Below the pieces are notes generated by a model. It was given only the letters and a program-made list of their open reading frames with translations, was not told where the DNA came from and made no database searches. A program made the translations under genes and the position numbers. From Parvibaculum sp. (GTDB taxonomy: Bacteria > Pseudomonadota > Alphaproteobacteria > Parvibaculales > Parvibaculaceae), in contig JAUSLL010000015.1 in NCBI GenBank assembly GCA_030649335.1, forward strand, positions 57,746-121,745: 64,000 nucleotides of DNA, given 5' to 3'. Shown in pieces: positions 1 to 10,246 of this stretch (positions are counted from its first letter, which is position 1; the number at the start of each line of letters is the position of its first letter).

Positions 1-2
1 AA

Positions 3-182
3 GACAAATGGAAATCGACCCCGATAGTGGCTCTGTCCTCGCACGCCAATCCGCAGGACTTTGAGCGTGGTCGTGATGCAGGCTTCACGGAATATGTCAC
101 CAAACTTGATCCCAAGGCGCTCCTGACCTCGCTGTCGCGCGTGCTGGCCGCCGGAGAAACCGAGCGGGAGAGCGCAGCATGA
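3..182 (+). CDS. cheA: C-terminal receiver (REC) domain of a hybrid CheA, 5'-truncated by the window edge
   Basis: My translation of frame 3 gives ...TPIVALSSHANPQDFERGRDAGFTEYVTKLD..., a REC-domain tail. The stop overlaps the cheW ATG (ATGA). First gene of an A-W-Y-Z-B-R run. Confidence 0.75.
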   Translation, partial: DKWKSTPIVALSSHANPQDFERGRDAGFTEYVTKLDPKALLTSLSRVLAAGETERESAA

Positions 183-652
183 ATGCGGCTACGAATAAAG
201 ACGCTGACAATAATGGTCCGACACAGGATTTCGTGACCATGACAGTGGCGGGTCAGGCTTTCGGCATCCCGGTGCTGCATGTCCGCGATGTGTTGGGTCC
301 GCAGCGCATCACGCGGGTGCCGCTGGCGCCGCCGGAAATAGAAGGTTCGCTCAATTTGCGGGGCCGCATCGTGACGGCCGTCAACATGCGCCAGCGCCTG
401 CAATTGCCCAAAAGTGATTTCCCCGAAAAGGCGATGGCCGTTGTCGTTGAATATGAGGACGAGCCCTACAGCCTTCTCGTGGATGAAGTGGGCGAAGTGC
501 TGCGCTTGTCTGATCGTCAGCGCGACACCAACCCCGCCACGCTTGATGCCAAATGGCGTCAGATTGCCGACGGCCTTTATCGCCTCGACGGTTCGCTTCT
601 CATTGTTCTCAACATTGCTGCCGTTCTCGGCGCCATCCGCGCGGAAGCCTGA
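179..652 (+). CDS. cheW: Chemotaxis coupling protein CheW
   Basis: GIPVLHVRDVL, ITRVPLAPPEIEGSLNLRGRIVT and YSLLVDEVGEV motifs. Confidence 0.95.
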   Translation: MNAATNKDADNNGPTQDFVTMTVAGQAFGIPVLHVRDVLGPQRITRVPLAPPEIEGSLNLRGRIVTAVNMRQRLQLPKSDFPEKAMAVVVEYEDEPYSLLVDEVGEVLRLSDRQRDTNPATLDAKWRQIADGLYRLDGSLLIVLNIAAVLGAIRAEA

Positions 653-686
653 GGCTTTCGCGTCGGTCTATACCTAGGAGTAAATT

Positions 687-1073
687 ATGGCTGTGCAAAT
701 GAACATGCCGATTCTGATCGTGGACGATTACCGGACCATGCTGCGGATCGTGCGCAATCTTCTCTCCAAACTCGGCTTCACCGATATTGATGAAGCGGCT
801 GACGGGGAAACGGCGCTGGCCATGTTGAAGTCACGTGAATATGGCCTCGTGATTTCGGACTGGAACATGCAGCCGATGACCGGTTTTGAATTGCTGAAGG
901 TTGTCCGCGCCGACGACGTTCTCAAGACGATGCCCTTCATTATGGTGACGGCGGAATCGAAAGTTGAAAACGTCGTGGCCGCGCGTCAGGCGGGCGTCAA
1001 TAACTACATTATCAAACCGTTCAGTGGCGCCGTGCTCAAGGCGAAACTGAAGGCCGTACTGGGAGAGTTCTGA
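687..1073 (+). CDS. cheY: Single-domain response regulator CheY
   Basis: VVDD, phospho-acceptor in ISDWNMQPMTG, VTAES and YIIKPF; located in a che operon. Confidence 0.93.
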   Translation: MAVQMNMPILIVDDYRTMLRIVRNLLSKLGFTDIDEAADGETALAMLKSREYGLVISDWNMQPMTGFELLKVVRADDVLKTMPFIMVTAESKVENVVAARQAGVNNYIIKPFSGAVLKAKLKAVLGEF

Positions 1074-1588
1074 TGTCCTCGAATGATGAAAACACGGCTC
1101 GCATCAAAAAGCTGACGCAGGAATGCGTGGACATCGTCCGTACTATTCTTGTGGCGCGCCGCGAGATGGGCAGGTTGCACGATCCGGAATTGCGCGAGGT
1201 TCATTTGCCGCGCGCCTCGGAAGAAATAGGTGCGATCCTCGCCATGACGGAGGCCGCCACCAATGACATCATGCTGGCCGCCGAAGACATGATGGCGCTC
1301 GACATGTCGGACCCGGACTATGCCGCCGAGCAGGTCAACGGTGCCTGCATGCGGATATTTGAAGCCTGTTCGTTTCAGGACATTACAGGCCAGCGCATCG
1401 CCAATGTGCTGAAGACACTCCAGCTTGTGGAGAGTAAGATCGGACAGCTCGAAAACGCTTGGGCTGGTGCTTCGGCGGTCGAGCCCGAGGTCGCGGCACC
1501 CGCGGCGACGGATTCGGCTCTGCTCAACGGCCCAGCTCTCGAAGGTGAAGGCATCGAACAGGATTTCGTGGACCAGCTGTTTGCGTAA
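1073..1588 (+). CDS. cheZ: Alphaproteobacterial CheZ-like phosphatase
   Basis: EACSFQDITGQR contains the DxxxQ catalytic motif; ATEAATNDIM; acidic C-terminal peptide EQDFVDQLFA; coupled to cheY (TGATG). Confidence 0.8.
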   Translation: MSSNDENTARIKKLTQECVDIVRTILVARREMGRLHDPELREVHLPRASEEIGAILAMTEAATNDIMLAAEDMMALDMSDPDYAAEQVNGACMRIFEACSFQDITGQRIANVLKTLQLVESKIGQLENAWAGASAVEPEVAAPAATDSALLNGPALEGEGIEQDFVDQLFA

Positions 1589-1682
1589 GCGAACGGCGTC
1601 TGCGGGATTTCGTGACGCGTCGGCCCTGAATATAGTATAGCCCAGACAGCACCCCGCTGTAACGGTTCCAACAGGCGCTTCA

Positions 1683-2882
1683 ATGGCTGACACCCCGGAT
1701 CAAAAACGACCTCAGCCAGCGGTACCTGCACCGGCCTCCGGCACAGCGCTGACGTCGGACGAGACTGCCATGCGCGTCATGGTCGTTGACGACAGTGCGG
1801 TGGTACGCGGCATCGTCACGCGCACGCTTGAAACAGCATCGCGGATCAAGGTTGTTGCTTCGGTGGCCAACGGGGCGCAAGCCGTCAGGACACTTGCGCA
1901 TACCGAATGTGATGTGATCGTGCTCGACATTGAGATGCCGGAACTCGACGGTATTTCCGCTTTGCCGTTGCTGCTGGCGATCAATCCTAATGTCAAAATT
2001 ATCATGTCATCGACGCTGACGCGGCGCGGGGCGGAGATCAGCCTCAAAGCCATGTCGCTAGGTGCGGCTGACTTTGTGACCAAGCCCACCTCCAATATCG
2101 GTGCGGCAGATGCCTTCCGGGCGGAATTGCTGGGTAAGGTGCAGGCCTATGGCACAAGGGCACGGCTTGCCCGTATCACGCGTAATGGCAAAACGGCGGC
2201 GGCCGTTGCGGCTTCAACTGCATCGGCGGATGTGCGTCCGGTCCGTATCGGTGGTGTTGCGCCGTCGGGGCCTCTCAATTTGCGTAAAGCGCCTGTCGAG
2301 CGTCCCGCGATCATCGCCATCGGTTCGTCCACCGGCGGTCCGCAGGCCTTGTCGGAAGTGCTGAAGAATCTAGGCCAGGGCGTCACCCAGCCAATCGTCA
2401 TCACGCAGCATATGCCTGCGACCTTCACGGCGATTTTGGCCGAACATATGAACCGCTATACCGGACGCCCCGCTGCCGAGGCCAAGGAGGGCGAGGCGCT
2501 TCTGAGCGGCCATATCTATGTTGCGCCCGGTGGTGTCCATATGCTTTTTGAGGCGGTTGGTGCACAGACGATTGTTCGGCTCAATGACGGACCGCCGGAA
2601 AATTCCTGCAAGCCAGCGGTCGATCCGATGCTGCGTTGCTTGTCTGAGATTTATAAAAAAAAGCTCCTCACCGTGATCCTCACGGGCATGGGTTACGACG
2701 GATTGAAGGGCGCGCAGGTGGCGACCGCTGCCGGTGCGACACTCATCGCTCAGGATCAGGCCAGCAGCGTTGTCTGGGGCATGCCGGGTGCTGTTGCACA
2801 GGCGGGAATTTGTAATGCTGTTCTGCCATTGGCGCAGATCGGTCAGGCGATTGGGCGGGTCGCGAGAGGAGAGCCGCTTTGA
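1683..2882 (+). CDS. cheB: Chemotaxis methylesterase CheB (REC + esterase)
   Basis: VVDDSAVVR and LDIEMP in the REC domain; catalytic GSSTGG, ITQHM and MGYDG. Confidence 0.96.
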   Translation: MADTPDQKRPQPAVPAPASGTALTSDETAMRVMVVDDSAVVRGIVTRTLETASRIKVVASVANGAQAVRTLAHTECDVIVLDIEMPELDGISALPLLLAINPNVKIIMSSTLTRRGAEISLKAMSLGAADFVTKPTSNIGAADAFRAELLGKVQAYGTRARLARITRNGKTAAAVAASTASADVRPVRIGGVAPSGPLNLRKAPVERPAIIAIGSSTGGPQALSEVLKNLGQGVTQPIVITQHMPATFTAILAEHMNRYTGRPAAEAKEGEALLSGHIYVAPGGVHMLFEAVGAQTIVRLNDGPPENSCKPAVDPMLRCLSEIYKKKLLTVILTGMGYDGLKGAQVATAAGATLIAQDQASSVVWGMPGAVAQAGICNAVLPLAQIGQAIGRVARGEPL

Positions 2883-3838
2883 AAAGCGAGGATTTTGAAT
2901 TTCTGCGTAAATTTCTTTACGCCCGTTCGGGCCTCGCGCTGACACCGGACAAGAGCTATTTGCTCGAAAGCCGTCTTGCGCCCATCGCGCGCCGGTTGAA
3001 GCACAAGACCTTGTCCGATCTCATCACGCAGATGCGGTTCCGCATCGAAGACAGTCTTGCCATCGAAGTCGTCGAAGCGATGACGACGAACGAAACCCTG
3101 TTCTTCCGCGACCGTTGGCCGTTTGAACGTTTCTCGCAGATGATCCTGCCCGCGATGCTCGAATCTAATAAGGCAACTAAGCGCATCCGCATCTGGTGTG
3201 CGGCCTGCTCCAGCGGTCAGGAGCCTTATTCGCTGGCCATGCTGCTGCTTGAAGCCGGTCGGCTGCTCGACGGCTGGCAGGTCGAGCTCATCGGCACTGA
3301 TATTTCGGAAGAAATGCTCGAACGCTGTCGCAAAGGTTGGTATTCGGCATTCGAGGTTCAGCGCGGCATGCCGCCGGAGATGCTGAAAAAATATTTCACC
3401 AAAGAGGGTGACGGCTGGCAGATCAACGACAAGCTGTGCAGCATGGTCCGCTTCCGTAACTTTAATCTATTGGGTGATCCGACCGCACCGGCGGCAGGCC
3501 TTCAGGGGCTTGATCTCATTTTTTGCCGCAACGTGCTCATCTATTTCGACGGGGTCACGCGCCGTCAGGTGTTTGCCGGCATGGCGAAGATTCTGAAGCC
3601 CGGTGGGTTTCTTTGTCTCGGTGGCGCGGAAACGGTCATCGGCATCTCGGATGCGTTCCGCATCCTGCCGGGCGAGCGCGGTCTCTTCGGTGTCAATGTG
3701 CCGGGCAATGTGGCCTCGGTCACGCCGCGTGTGCCGGTTGCCCCAGCGCCTCAGTCTGCGCGTGCGCCGGTTGTCGCGCCAAGGCCCGCGCCCGAACCGC
3801 GTCCCATCGAGACTATGCTTGCTGCCATCACGCGCTGA
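2879..3838 (+). CDS. cheR: Chemotaxis methyltransferase CheR with a Pro/Ala-rich C-terminal tail
   Basis: TTNETLFFRD, WCAACSSGQEPYSLAM, DLIFCRNVLIYFD; TTG start overlaps the cheB stop. Confidence 0.95.
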   Translation: MKSEDFEFLRKFLYARSGLALTPDKSYLLESRLAPIARRLKHKTLSDLITQMRFRIEDSLAIEVVEAMTTNETLFFRDRWPFERFSQMILPAMLESNKATKRIRIWCAACSSGQEPYSLAMLLLEAGRLLDGWQVELIGTDISEEMLERCRKGWYSAFEVQRGMPPEMLKKYFTKEGDGWQINDKLCSMVRFRNFNLLGDPTAPAAGLQGLDLIFCRNVLIYFDGVTRRQVFAGMAKILKPGGFLCLGGAETVIGISDAFRILPGERGLFGVNVPGNVASVTPRVPVAPAPQSARAPVVAPRPAPEPRPIETMLAAITR

Positions 3839-3985
3839 CGGCTCTTCGCCTCCCGCTCCCAAGCTCTTGATCCGGCTTGTCCTTTTGTTCTCACAATGGC
3901 AGTGTCGGGCGCGTATGCGCATGGGTGTGCTCCACCCCTGTTCATGCGGCGTGACAGAGCGGGTAACGGGGGTTCAGCTCGGCCT

Positions 3986-4900
3986 ATGGCCTATTTTCTA
4001 CAGCAGCTTATCAACGGCGTTACGCTCGGGGCGACCTACGGCCTGATCGCCATCGGCTACACGATGGTCTACGGCATCATCGGCATGATCAATTTCGCCC
4101 ATGGCGATATTTACATGATCGGCGCGTTCATTTCGTTGGTCGGTTTCATGCTGCTGGCGACCTTCGGCATCACCTCCGTGCCGCTCGCCTTCTTCCTTGT
4201 CCTTGTTTTCGCGATGTTCTTTACCGGCGTCTATGGCTGGACGGTTGAGCGTGTGGCCTATCGCCCCTTGCGCCATGCGCCGCGTCTTGCGCCGCTCATC
4301 TCGGCCATCGGCGTTTCCATCGTGTTGCAAAATTTCGTGCAGCTATCGCAGGGCGCGCGTGTCAAGCCGCTGCAGCCGATGATCCGCGGGGCCTATGAAG
4401 TTTATAATGACGGTAGTTTTCAGGTCACGATTTCCTATCTGCAAATCATGATCATCGTTTTGACGCTGGCGCTCATGCTCGCCTTCACCCTCATGATCCG
4501 GTTTACCAGCTTGGGTCGGGCGCAGCGGGCTGCCGCGCAGGACATGACGATGGCCGCGCTCCTTGGTGTCAATGTTGACCGCACGATTTCAGCGACCTTC
4601 GTCATTGGCGCGATGCTCGCTGCCGTCGCGGGCCTCATGGTCACGCTTTACTATGGCGTCATCGATTTTTACATCGGCTTTATCGTCGGCATCAAAGCCT
4701 TCACAGCGGCGGTGCTCGGCGGCATTGGCTCGCTGCCCGGTGCCATGCTCGGCGGCATGCTGATCGGCCTCATCGAGGCTTTCTGGTCGGGCTATTTCAG
4801 CATTGAGTATAAAGACGTGGCGGCATTTTCTATTCTGGTCTTTGTGCTGATTTTCCGTCCGACCGGTCTTCTTGGTCGCCCCGAGATCGAGAAGGTCTGA
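3986..4900 (+). CDS. livH: Branched-chain amino acid ABC permease LivH
   Basis: QQLINGVTLGATYGLIAIGYTMVYGIIGMINFAHG and KAFTAAVLGGIGS; start moved to ATG 3986 (MAYFLQQ). Confidence 0.95.
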   Translation: MAYFLQQLINGVTLGATYGLIAIGYTMVYGIIGMINFAHGDIYMIGAFISLVGFMLLATFGITSVPLAFFLVLVFAMFFTGVYGWTVERVAYRPLRHAPRLAPLISAIGVSIVLQNFVQLSQGARVKPLQPMIRGAYEVYNDGSFQVTISYLQIMIIVLTLALMLAFTLMIRFTSLGRAQRAAAQDMTMAALLGVNVDRTISATFVIGAMLAAVAGLMVTLYYGVIDFYIGFIVGIKAFTAAVLGGIGSLPGAMLGGMLIGLIEAFWSGYFSIEYKDVAAFSILVFVLIFRPTGLLGRPEIEKV

Positions 4901-6199
4901 GTGATGATTGCTTCTCCAGCGCGTCTCGACATGCCCGCCGCCTTGCGCGATGCGGGGCTTGCTGCCCTTGTGGCGGCCTTTCTCGCCTTTCCGCTCCTCG
5001 GGTTCCAGCTTGATGCATCGGCCCGTGGCCTCGCGCTCAATGTACGCCTTGTCTGGGTGCTTTATGCCGCCGCCGCTGTCTTTGCAGGGCGGCTTTTTTT
5101 TACGCTGGCGCTTCATTCCTTCGGACCCGCCGTCAGTGCCGCCTTCGTGCGACAGAATTTTTCGAGCCGCTTCACGCCGCAATCGACCCGCTATGTCGCG
5201 GGCATTGTGATGATCGGTTTTGCGCTGGCACTGCCCTTTGCTGGATTTGCTGATCGCAATCTCATCGACAAGGCCACGCTCATTCTCATCTATGTGATGC
5301 TCGGCTGGGGTCTCAACATTGTGGTGGGTCTCGCAGGGCTTTTGGATTTGGGCTACGTCGCTTTCTATGCGGTCGGCGCTTATTCCTATGCGCTGCTGTC
5401 GTCCTATTTCGGTCTGAGCTTCTGGATATGCCTGCCGCTTGCGGGTCTCTTTGCCGCTGCATTCGGTATTGCGCTTGGCTTTCCTGTGCTGCGGTTGCGT
5501 GGTGACTATCTGGCCATTGTCACGCTCGGTTTCGGTGAGATTGTGCGCGAGATCATCATCAACTGGCAGGAGGTAACGGGCGGCCCTAACGGTCTGTCCG
5601 GTATCGCGCGGCCGTCGTTTTTCGGGCTCGAAATGTTGCCCGTCGCGCGTGATGGCGGCGTCACATTTGCCGATTTTTTCAACATCGCCTATTCGCCCGA
5701 CCAGCGCATCATCTTCCTCTATTATCTCATTCTGGCGCTCGCGCTTTTCACCAATTTCTTCACGCTGCGCATGCGCCGTCTACCCATTGGTCGCGCATGG
5801 GAAGCCTTGCGCGAAGATGAAATCGCCTGCCGCAGCCTCGGGCTCAACCCGACCATGATCAAACTTTCCGCCTTCGCCATCGGCGCATCGTTTGCGGGTT
5901 TTGCCGGTTCGTTCTTTGCTGCACGGCAGAATTTCATCAGCCCGGAAAGTTTCACCTTCATCGAAAGCGCGATCATTCTCGCCATTGTCGTGCTCGGCGG
6001 CATGGGCAGCCAGATCGGCATTGTGCTGGCCGCTGTGTTGCTCGTCGGTCTGCCCGAATGGTTCCGCGACATGGCCGAGTTCCGCATGGTGGCCTTCGGA
6101 GCCGCCATGGTGCTTATCATGGTGTGGCGCCCGCAGGGCCTTCTCGCGCATCGCGATCCGACGATCAGGCTCGGCGATCCGGGCAAGGTGCCGACATGA
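4901..6199 (+). CDS. livM: Branched-chain amino acid ABC permease LivM
   Basis: GLNIVVGLAGLLDLGYVAFYAVGAY, LRLRGDYLAIVTLGFGE, GRAWEALREDEIA. Confidence 0.95.
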   Translation: MMIASPARLDMPAALRDAGLAALVAAFLAFPLLGFQLDASARGLALNVRLVWVLYAAAAVFAGRLFFTLALHSFGPAVSAAFVRQNFSSRFTPQSTRYVAGIVMIGFALALPFAGFADRNLIDKATLILIYVMLGWGLNIVVGLAGLLDLGYVAFYAVGAYSYALLSSYFGLSFWICLPLAGLFAAAFGIALGFPVLRLRGDYLAIVTLGFGEIVREIIINWQEVTGGPNGLSGIARPSFFGLEMLPVARDGGVTFADFFNIAYSPDQRIIFLYYLILALALFTNFFTLRMRRLPIGRAWEALREDEIACRSLGLNPTMIKLSAFAIGASFAGFAGSFFAARQNFISPESFTFIESAIILAIVVLGGMGSQIGIVLAAVLLVGLPEWFRDMAEFRMVAFGAAMVLIMVWRPQGLLAHRDPTIRLGDPGKVPT

Positions 6200-7031
6200 G
6201 TGCGGGCAAGCCCATTCTCAAGGTCGAGCACCTGACGATCCGTTTCGGCGGTCTTGTCGCCATTGATGATTTGTCGTTTGAAGCCAATGAGGGTGACATC
6301 ACGGCGCTCATCGGGCCGAACGGTGCAGGCAAGACAACGGCCTTCAACTGCATCACTGGTTTTTACAAACCTGATGTCGGCCGCATTTCGTTTCATCATC
6401 CCTCGGGTGGCGAGCATCTGCTGGAGCGTATGGACGGGTTCCGCATCGCGCGGGCAGGCGTCATCCGCAGTTTCCAAAACATCCGGCTTTTTCCGGCGAT
6501 GAGCGTTGCTGAAAATCTCATGGTCGCCCAGCATGTCGCGCTTCAACGCGCGTCTATGTTTTCGGTCGCAGGGTTTTTTCGCTTTCCGAGTTTCGTCAAA
6601 GCCGAACGCGCGGCGATGGACCGCGCTCGTTATTGGCTGGCCGAAACGGGGCTTGAGGCGGAAGGCGACACGCTCGCAGGCAGTCTGCCTTACGGGCTGC
6701 AGCGTCGTCTTGAGATCGCGCGGGCCATGTGTGCCGACCCTGCGCTTCTCTGTTTGGATGAACCTGCTGCCGGTCTCAATCCGTCCGAAAGCCTCGCGCT
6801 TAATGAGTTGCTGCTGAAAATCCGCAACGATCACAAGATCAGCATTCTTCTCATTGAGCATGACATGAGCGTCGTGATGCAGATTTCAGATCGCATAAAT
6901 GTGCTGGAGCAAGGCCGTCTCATCGCATCGGGCACACCGTCTGAAATTCGTACCAACCCGGACGTCATCCGCGCCTATCTCGGTGTCGAGGACGAGGCGG
7001 AAGTCGCTGCTGTGACCGGAGGGCTCGTCTG

Positions 7032-7032
<1 letters not shown>
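6196..7032 (+). CDS. livG: ABC ATPase LivG
   Basis: Walker A GPNGAGKT, LPYGLQRRLEIARA, LDEPAAGLN; the ATG at 6196 overlaps the livM stop. Confidence 0.95.
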
Positions 7033-7759
<727 letters not shown>

Positions 7760-7763
<4 letters not shown>

Positions 7764-8119
7764 CGGGTCCGTTTGAGGCGATCTTCGGGACGAGCCTGCC
7801 TGTCTTCATCGGCATCACCCTTGTGCTCAGCGGTGGTTGCGCGGTCATGACGGGCCGGGCTCTGGCGCTCAACTGGCGGCCCCGCTGGCAGGTCGTCGTC
7901 TATGCGCTCCTGCTCACCGTCGCCGACCGGTTTTTGGTCTACGCTTTGTTTCAGGGCGCGCTCTTGTCGCCGACGGGTTATCTCGCCGACGGGGCCATCC
8001 TCATCGCCATCGCCTTCGCGGCCTATGTCCTCACGCGCTCGCGGCAGTTGGTGCGGCAATATCCATGGGCCTATCGCCGCTTCCTGCTTGTTTTTCACAA
8101 GGCACGGCCAACGAAATAG
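7760..8119 (+). CDS. Small membrane protein of the type found in alphaproteobacterial liv operons (DUF6867-like)
   Basis: Three to four hydrophobic segments; AVMTGRALALNWRP and VRQYPW; lies between livF and livK. Confidence 0.7.
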
Positions 8120-8228
8120 GCGCTAAACCGGCTCAATCTGTCAGATAGACGGTTACGGATGGCCATGATTTGCGGCTATGCTGCGCCCCACGCCATTTCA
8201 TATGCCTGTCCATTTTTGGGGGATTGCC

Positions 8229-9353
8229 ATGAACCGTCTGCTCGTTGCCGCCGTTGCGGCCCTTTCGCTCGGTCTTGCTGCTTGCGACAACAAAGACGAA
8301 AAAGCCGCCGCTGACGCCACCACCATCACCATCGGCGTTGCCGGCCCTATCACGGGCAGCGAGGCGGTCTTCGGCGAGCAATTCGTGCATGGTGCGAAGA
8401 AGGCCGTCGCCGACATCAATGCGGCGGGCGGTGTGCTCGGCAAGAAGCTGGTTCTCGAAATCGGCGATGATGCCTGCGACCCCAAACAGGCCGTCAGTGT
8501 CGCCAATGACATGGCGTCCAAAGGCGCAGTCTTTGTCGCGGGTCATTACTGCTCCGGCTCGTCCATTCCGGCATCCGATGTTTATGCTGAATCAAACATC
8601 ATCCAGATCACGCCGGCCTCGACCAATCCCGATTTTACCGAGCGCGGCCTTGCCAACACATTCCGTGTTTGCGGGCGCGATGATGCGCAAGGGCCGACAG
8701 CGGCGGAATATGTCGTTGCTCATTTCGGCGGCAAGCGCATCGCGGTCGTGGACGACAAGTCGACCTATGGTCAGGGCCTCGCCAATGAATTTGCCAAGGC
8801 GCTCAACGGCGCGGGCGTCGAGGAAGTGCTGCATGAATCGATTTCAGCCGGTGAAAAAGATTATAGCCCCCTCATTTCCAAGCTAAAGCAGGCGCAGGCC
8901 GATGTGCTTTATTTCGGCGGCTACAAGACCGAAGGCGGCCTGATCGTGCGCCAGATGCGCGAGCAGGGCCTCTCGACCATCCTCATCGGTGGCGACGCTT
9001 TGGTGACGGATGAATATTGGTCGATCACAGGCGCGGCGGGCGAAGGCACGCTGATGACTTTCGGTCCCGATCCGCGCCTCAATCCGGCGAATGAAAAACT
9101 CGTCGGTGAATTCCGCGCTGACAATTACGAGCCCGAAGCCTATACGCTCTACACTTATGCAGCGATCCAGGCTTGGGCCGCTGCGGTGACAAAGACCGGA
9201 ACGACAGATGCCGCCACCGTTGAGGCCGCGCTCAAGTCCGATCATTTCGACACAGTGCTCGGGTCCATCGGCTTCGATGCCAAGGGCGACATGGATGCGC
9301 CGGGCTATGTCTTCTACGAATGGAAAGACGGCAAATACGCTTACGTGGAGTAA
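8229..9353 (+). CDS. livK: Branched-chain amino acid ABC substrate-binding lipoprotein
   Basis: Lipobox LAAC; GDDACDPKQAV, GHYCSGSSIPAS, FRVCGRDDAQG. Confidence 0.92.
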   Translation: MNRLLVAAVAALSLGLAACDNKDEKAAADATTITIGVAGPITGSEAVFGEQFVHGAKKAVADINAAGGVLGKKLVLEIGDDACDPKQAVSVANDMASKGAVFVAGHYCSGSSIPASDVYAESNIIQITPASTNPDFTERGLANTFRVCGRDDAQGPTAAEYVVAHFGGKRIAVVDDKSTYGQGLANEFAKALNGAGVEEVLHESISAGEKDYSPLISKLKQAQADVLYFGGYKTEGGLIVRQMREQGLSTILIGGDALVTDEYWSITGAAGEGTLMTFGPDPRLNPANEKLVGEFRADNYEPEAYTLYTYAAIQAWAAAVTKTGTTDAATVEAALKSDHFDTVLGSIGFDAKGDMDAPGYVFYEWKDGKYAYVE

Positions 9354-9368
9354 GTCGTGCCGTTCTGA

Positions 9369-9392
9369 AGCCTGCCGCATGCGCGGCGGGCT
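9369..9392 (+). terminator. Stem-loop after livK
   Basis: agcctgccgc-atgc-gcggcgggct (one G:U pair); weak U-tract. Confidence 0.5.
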
Positions 9393-9445
9393 CATCTGAA
9401 ATAATGTATTGAGTTAAGAAACTGCTCGGGAGGCAGGCGTTCACG

Positions 9446-10222
9446 ATGTCGAAATCTTCATGGTCTGAAATTCCGCGCGGTGCGCGTATTGCCGGTGTCA
9501 TCGCCCTTCTGGTGGTGGCCGGTCTTGCCACCAAAATGGGGCTCGATTTTGTCGAGCTGCAAGAGAACGGTCAGGCAATTTCCACACGCGTCGCCACGCC
9601 GGGTGCTGGTGATGCGGCGGTGGAGCCGCGCACGCCTGTGGTCATTGCCGGTTTCCGCTCGGCGCGCTTCGGCGATGATGAAGCCGCCGTGCGCAAAGCC
9701 ATTGAAACGGACTTCGGCGTCGCTAGCGACAAGATCACCGAAGGGGCAAGCCAGCTTGAAAAGACGAAGCTCCTTGCTATTCGCGTCAAGGATATCGTGC
9801 CCGAAAGCGGCATCGGCGAAGTCGTTTATATTCTCGGCTATACTTCAAAGAAACTCATTCAGGTCAATGTAGTCTGGAGTTCGCAATTGTCACCGGATTT
9901 CACGCCGCAACAATTCGGCGCGACAGCGACCATCCTCGGCAATTATTTTGCACGTCAGGGGTTTGATCCGAAAACTATCAGCGTCAATCAGCGCCTGCCC
10001 AATGGTGTCGTGCGCGTTTTCAATGGCAAGGATCTCGAAGGTCATCTTGTGACGCTCGTCTTTCAGGAAGGCGAATTGAAGGTGACGCCCGACGAGAAGG
10101 CGAGCGAAGCTGAAAAGGAAAAAGCGGCCGCGGCCACGCGCAAGGTTGCCGCCGTGCGCCTTTCCTATGTGGAGAATGCAGAAAATCCCGATGTGCTGAA
10201 GATCGAAAAAGGCAAGTTCTGA
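9446..10222 (+). CDS. Hypothetical membrane-anchored periplasmic protein
   Basis: Long ORF with RBS (ggagg), an N-terminal TM segment and normal codon usage; no family recognised. Confidence 0.75.
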   Translation: MSKSSWSEIPRGARIAGVIALLVVAGLATKMGLDFVELQENGQAISTRVATPGAGDAAVEPRTPVVIAGFRSARFGDDEAAVRKAIETDFGVASDKITEGASQLEKTKLLAIRVKDIVPESGIGEVVYILGYTSKKLIQVNVVWSSQLSPDFTPQQFGATATILGNYFARQGFDPKTISVNQRLPNGVVRVFNGKDLEGHLVTLVFQEGELKVTPDEKASEAEKEKAAAATRKVAAVRLSYVENAENPDVLKIEKGKF

Positions 10223-10246
10223 TCACTGATCCCGGAGGAGTGCCCC

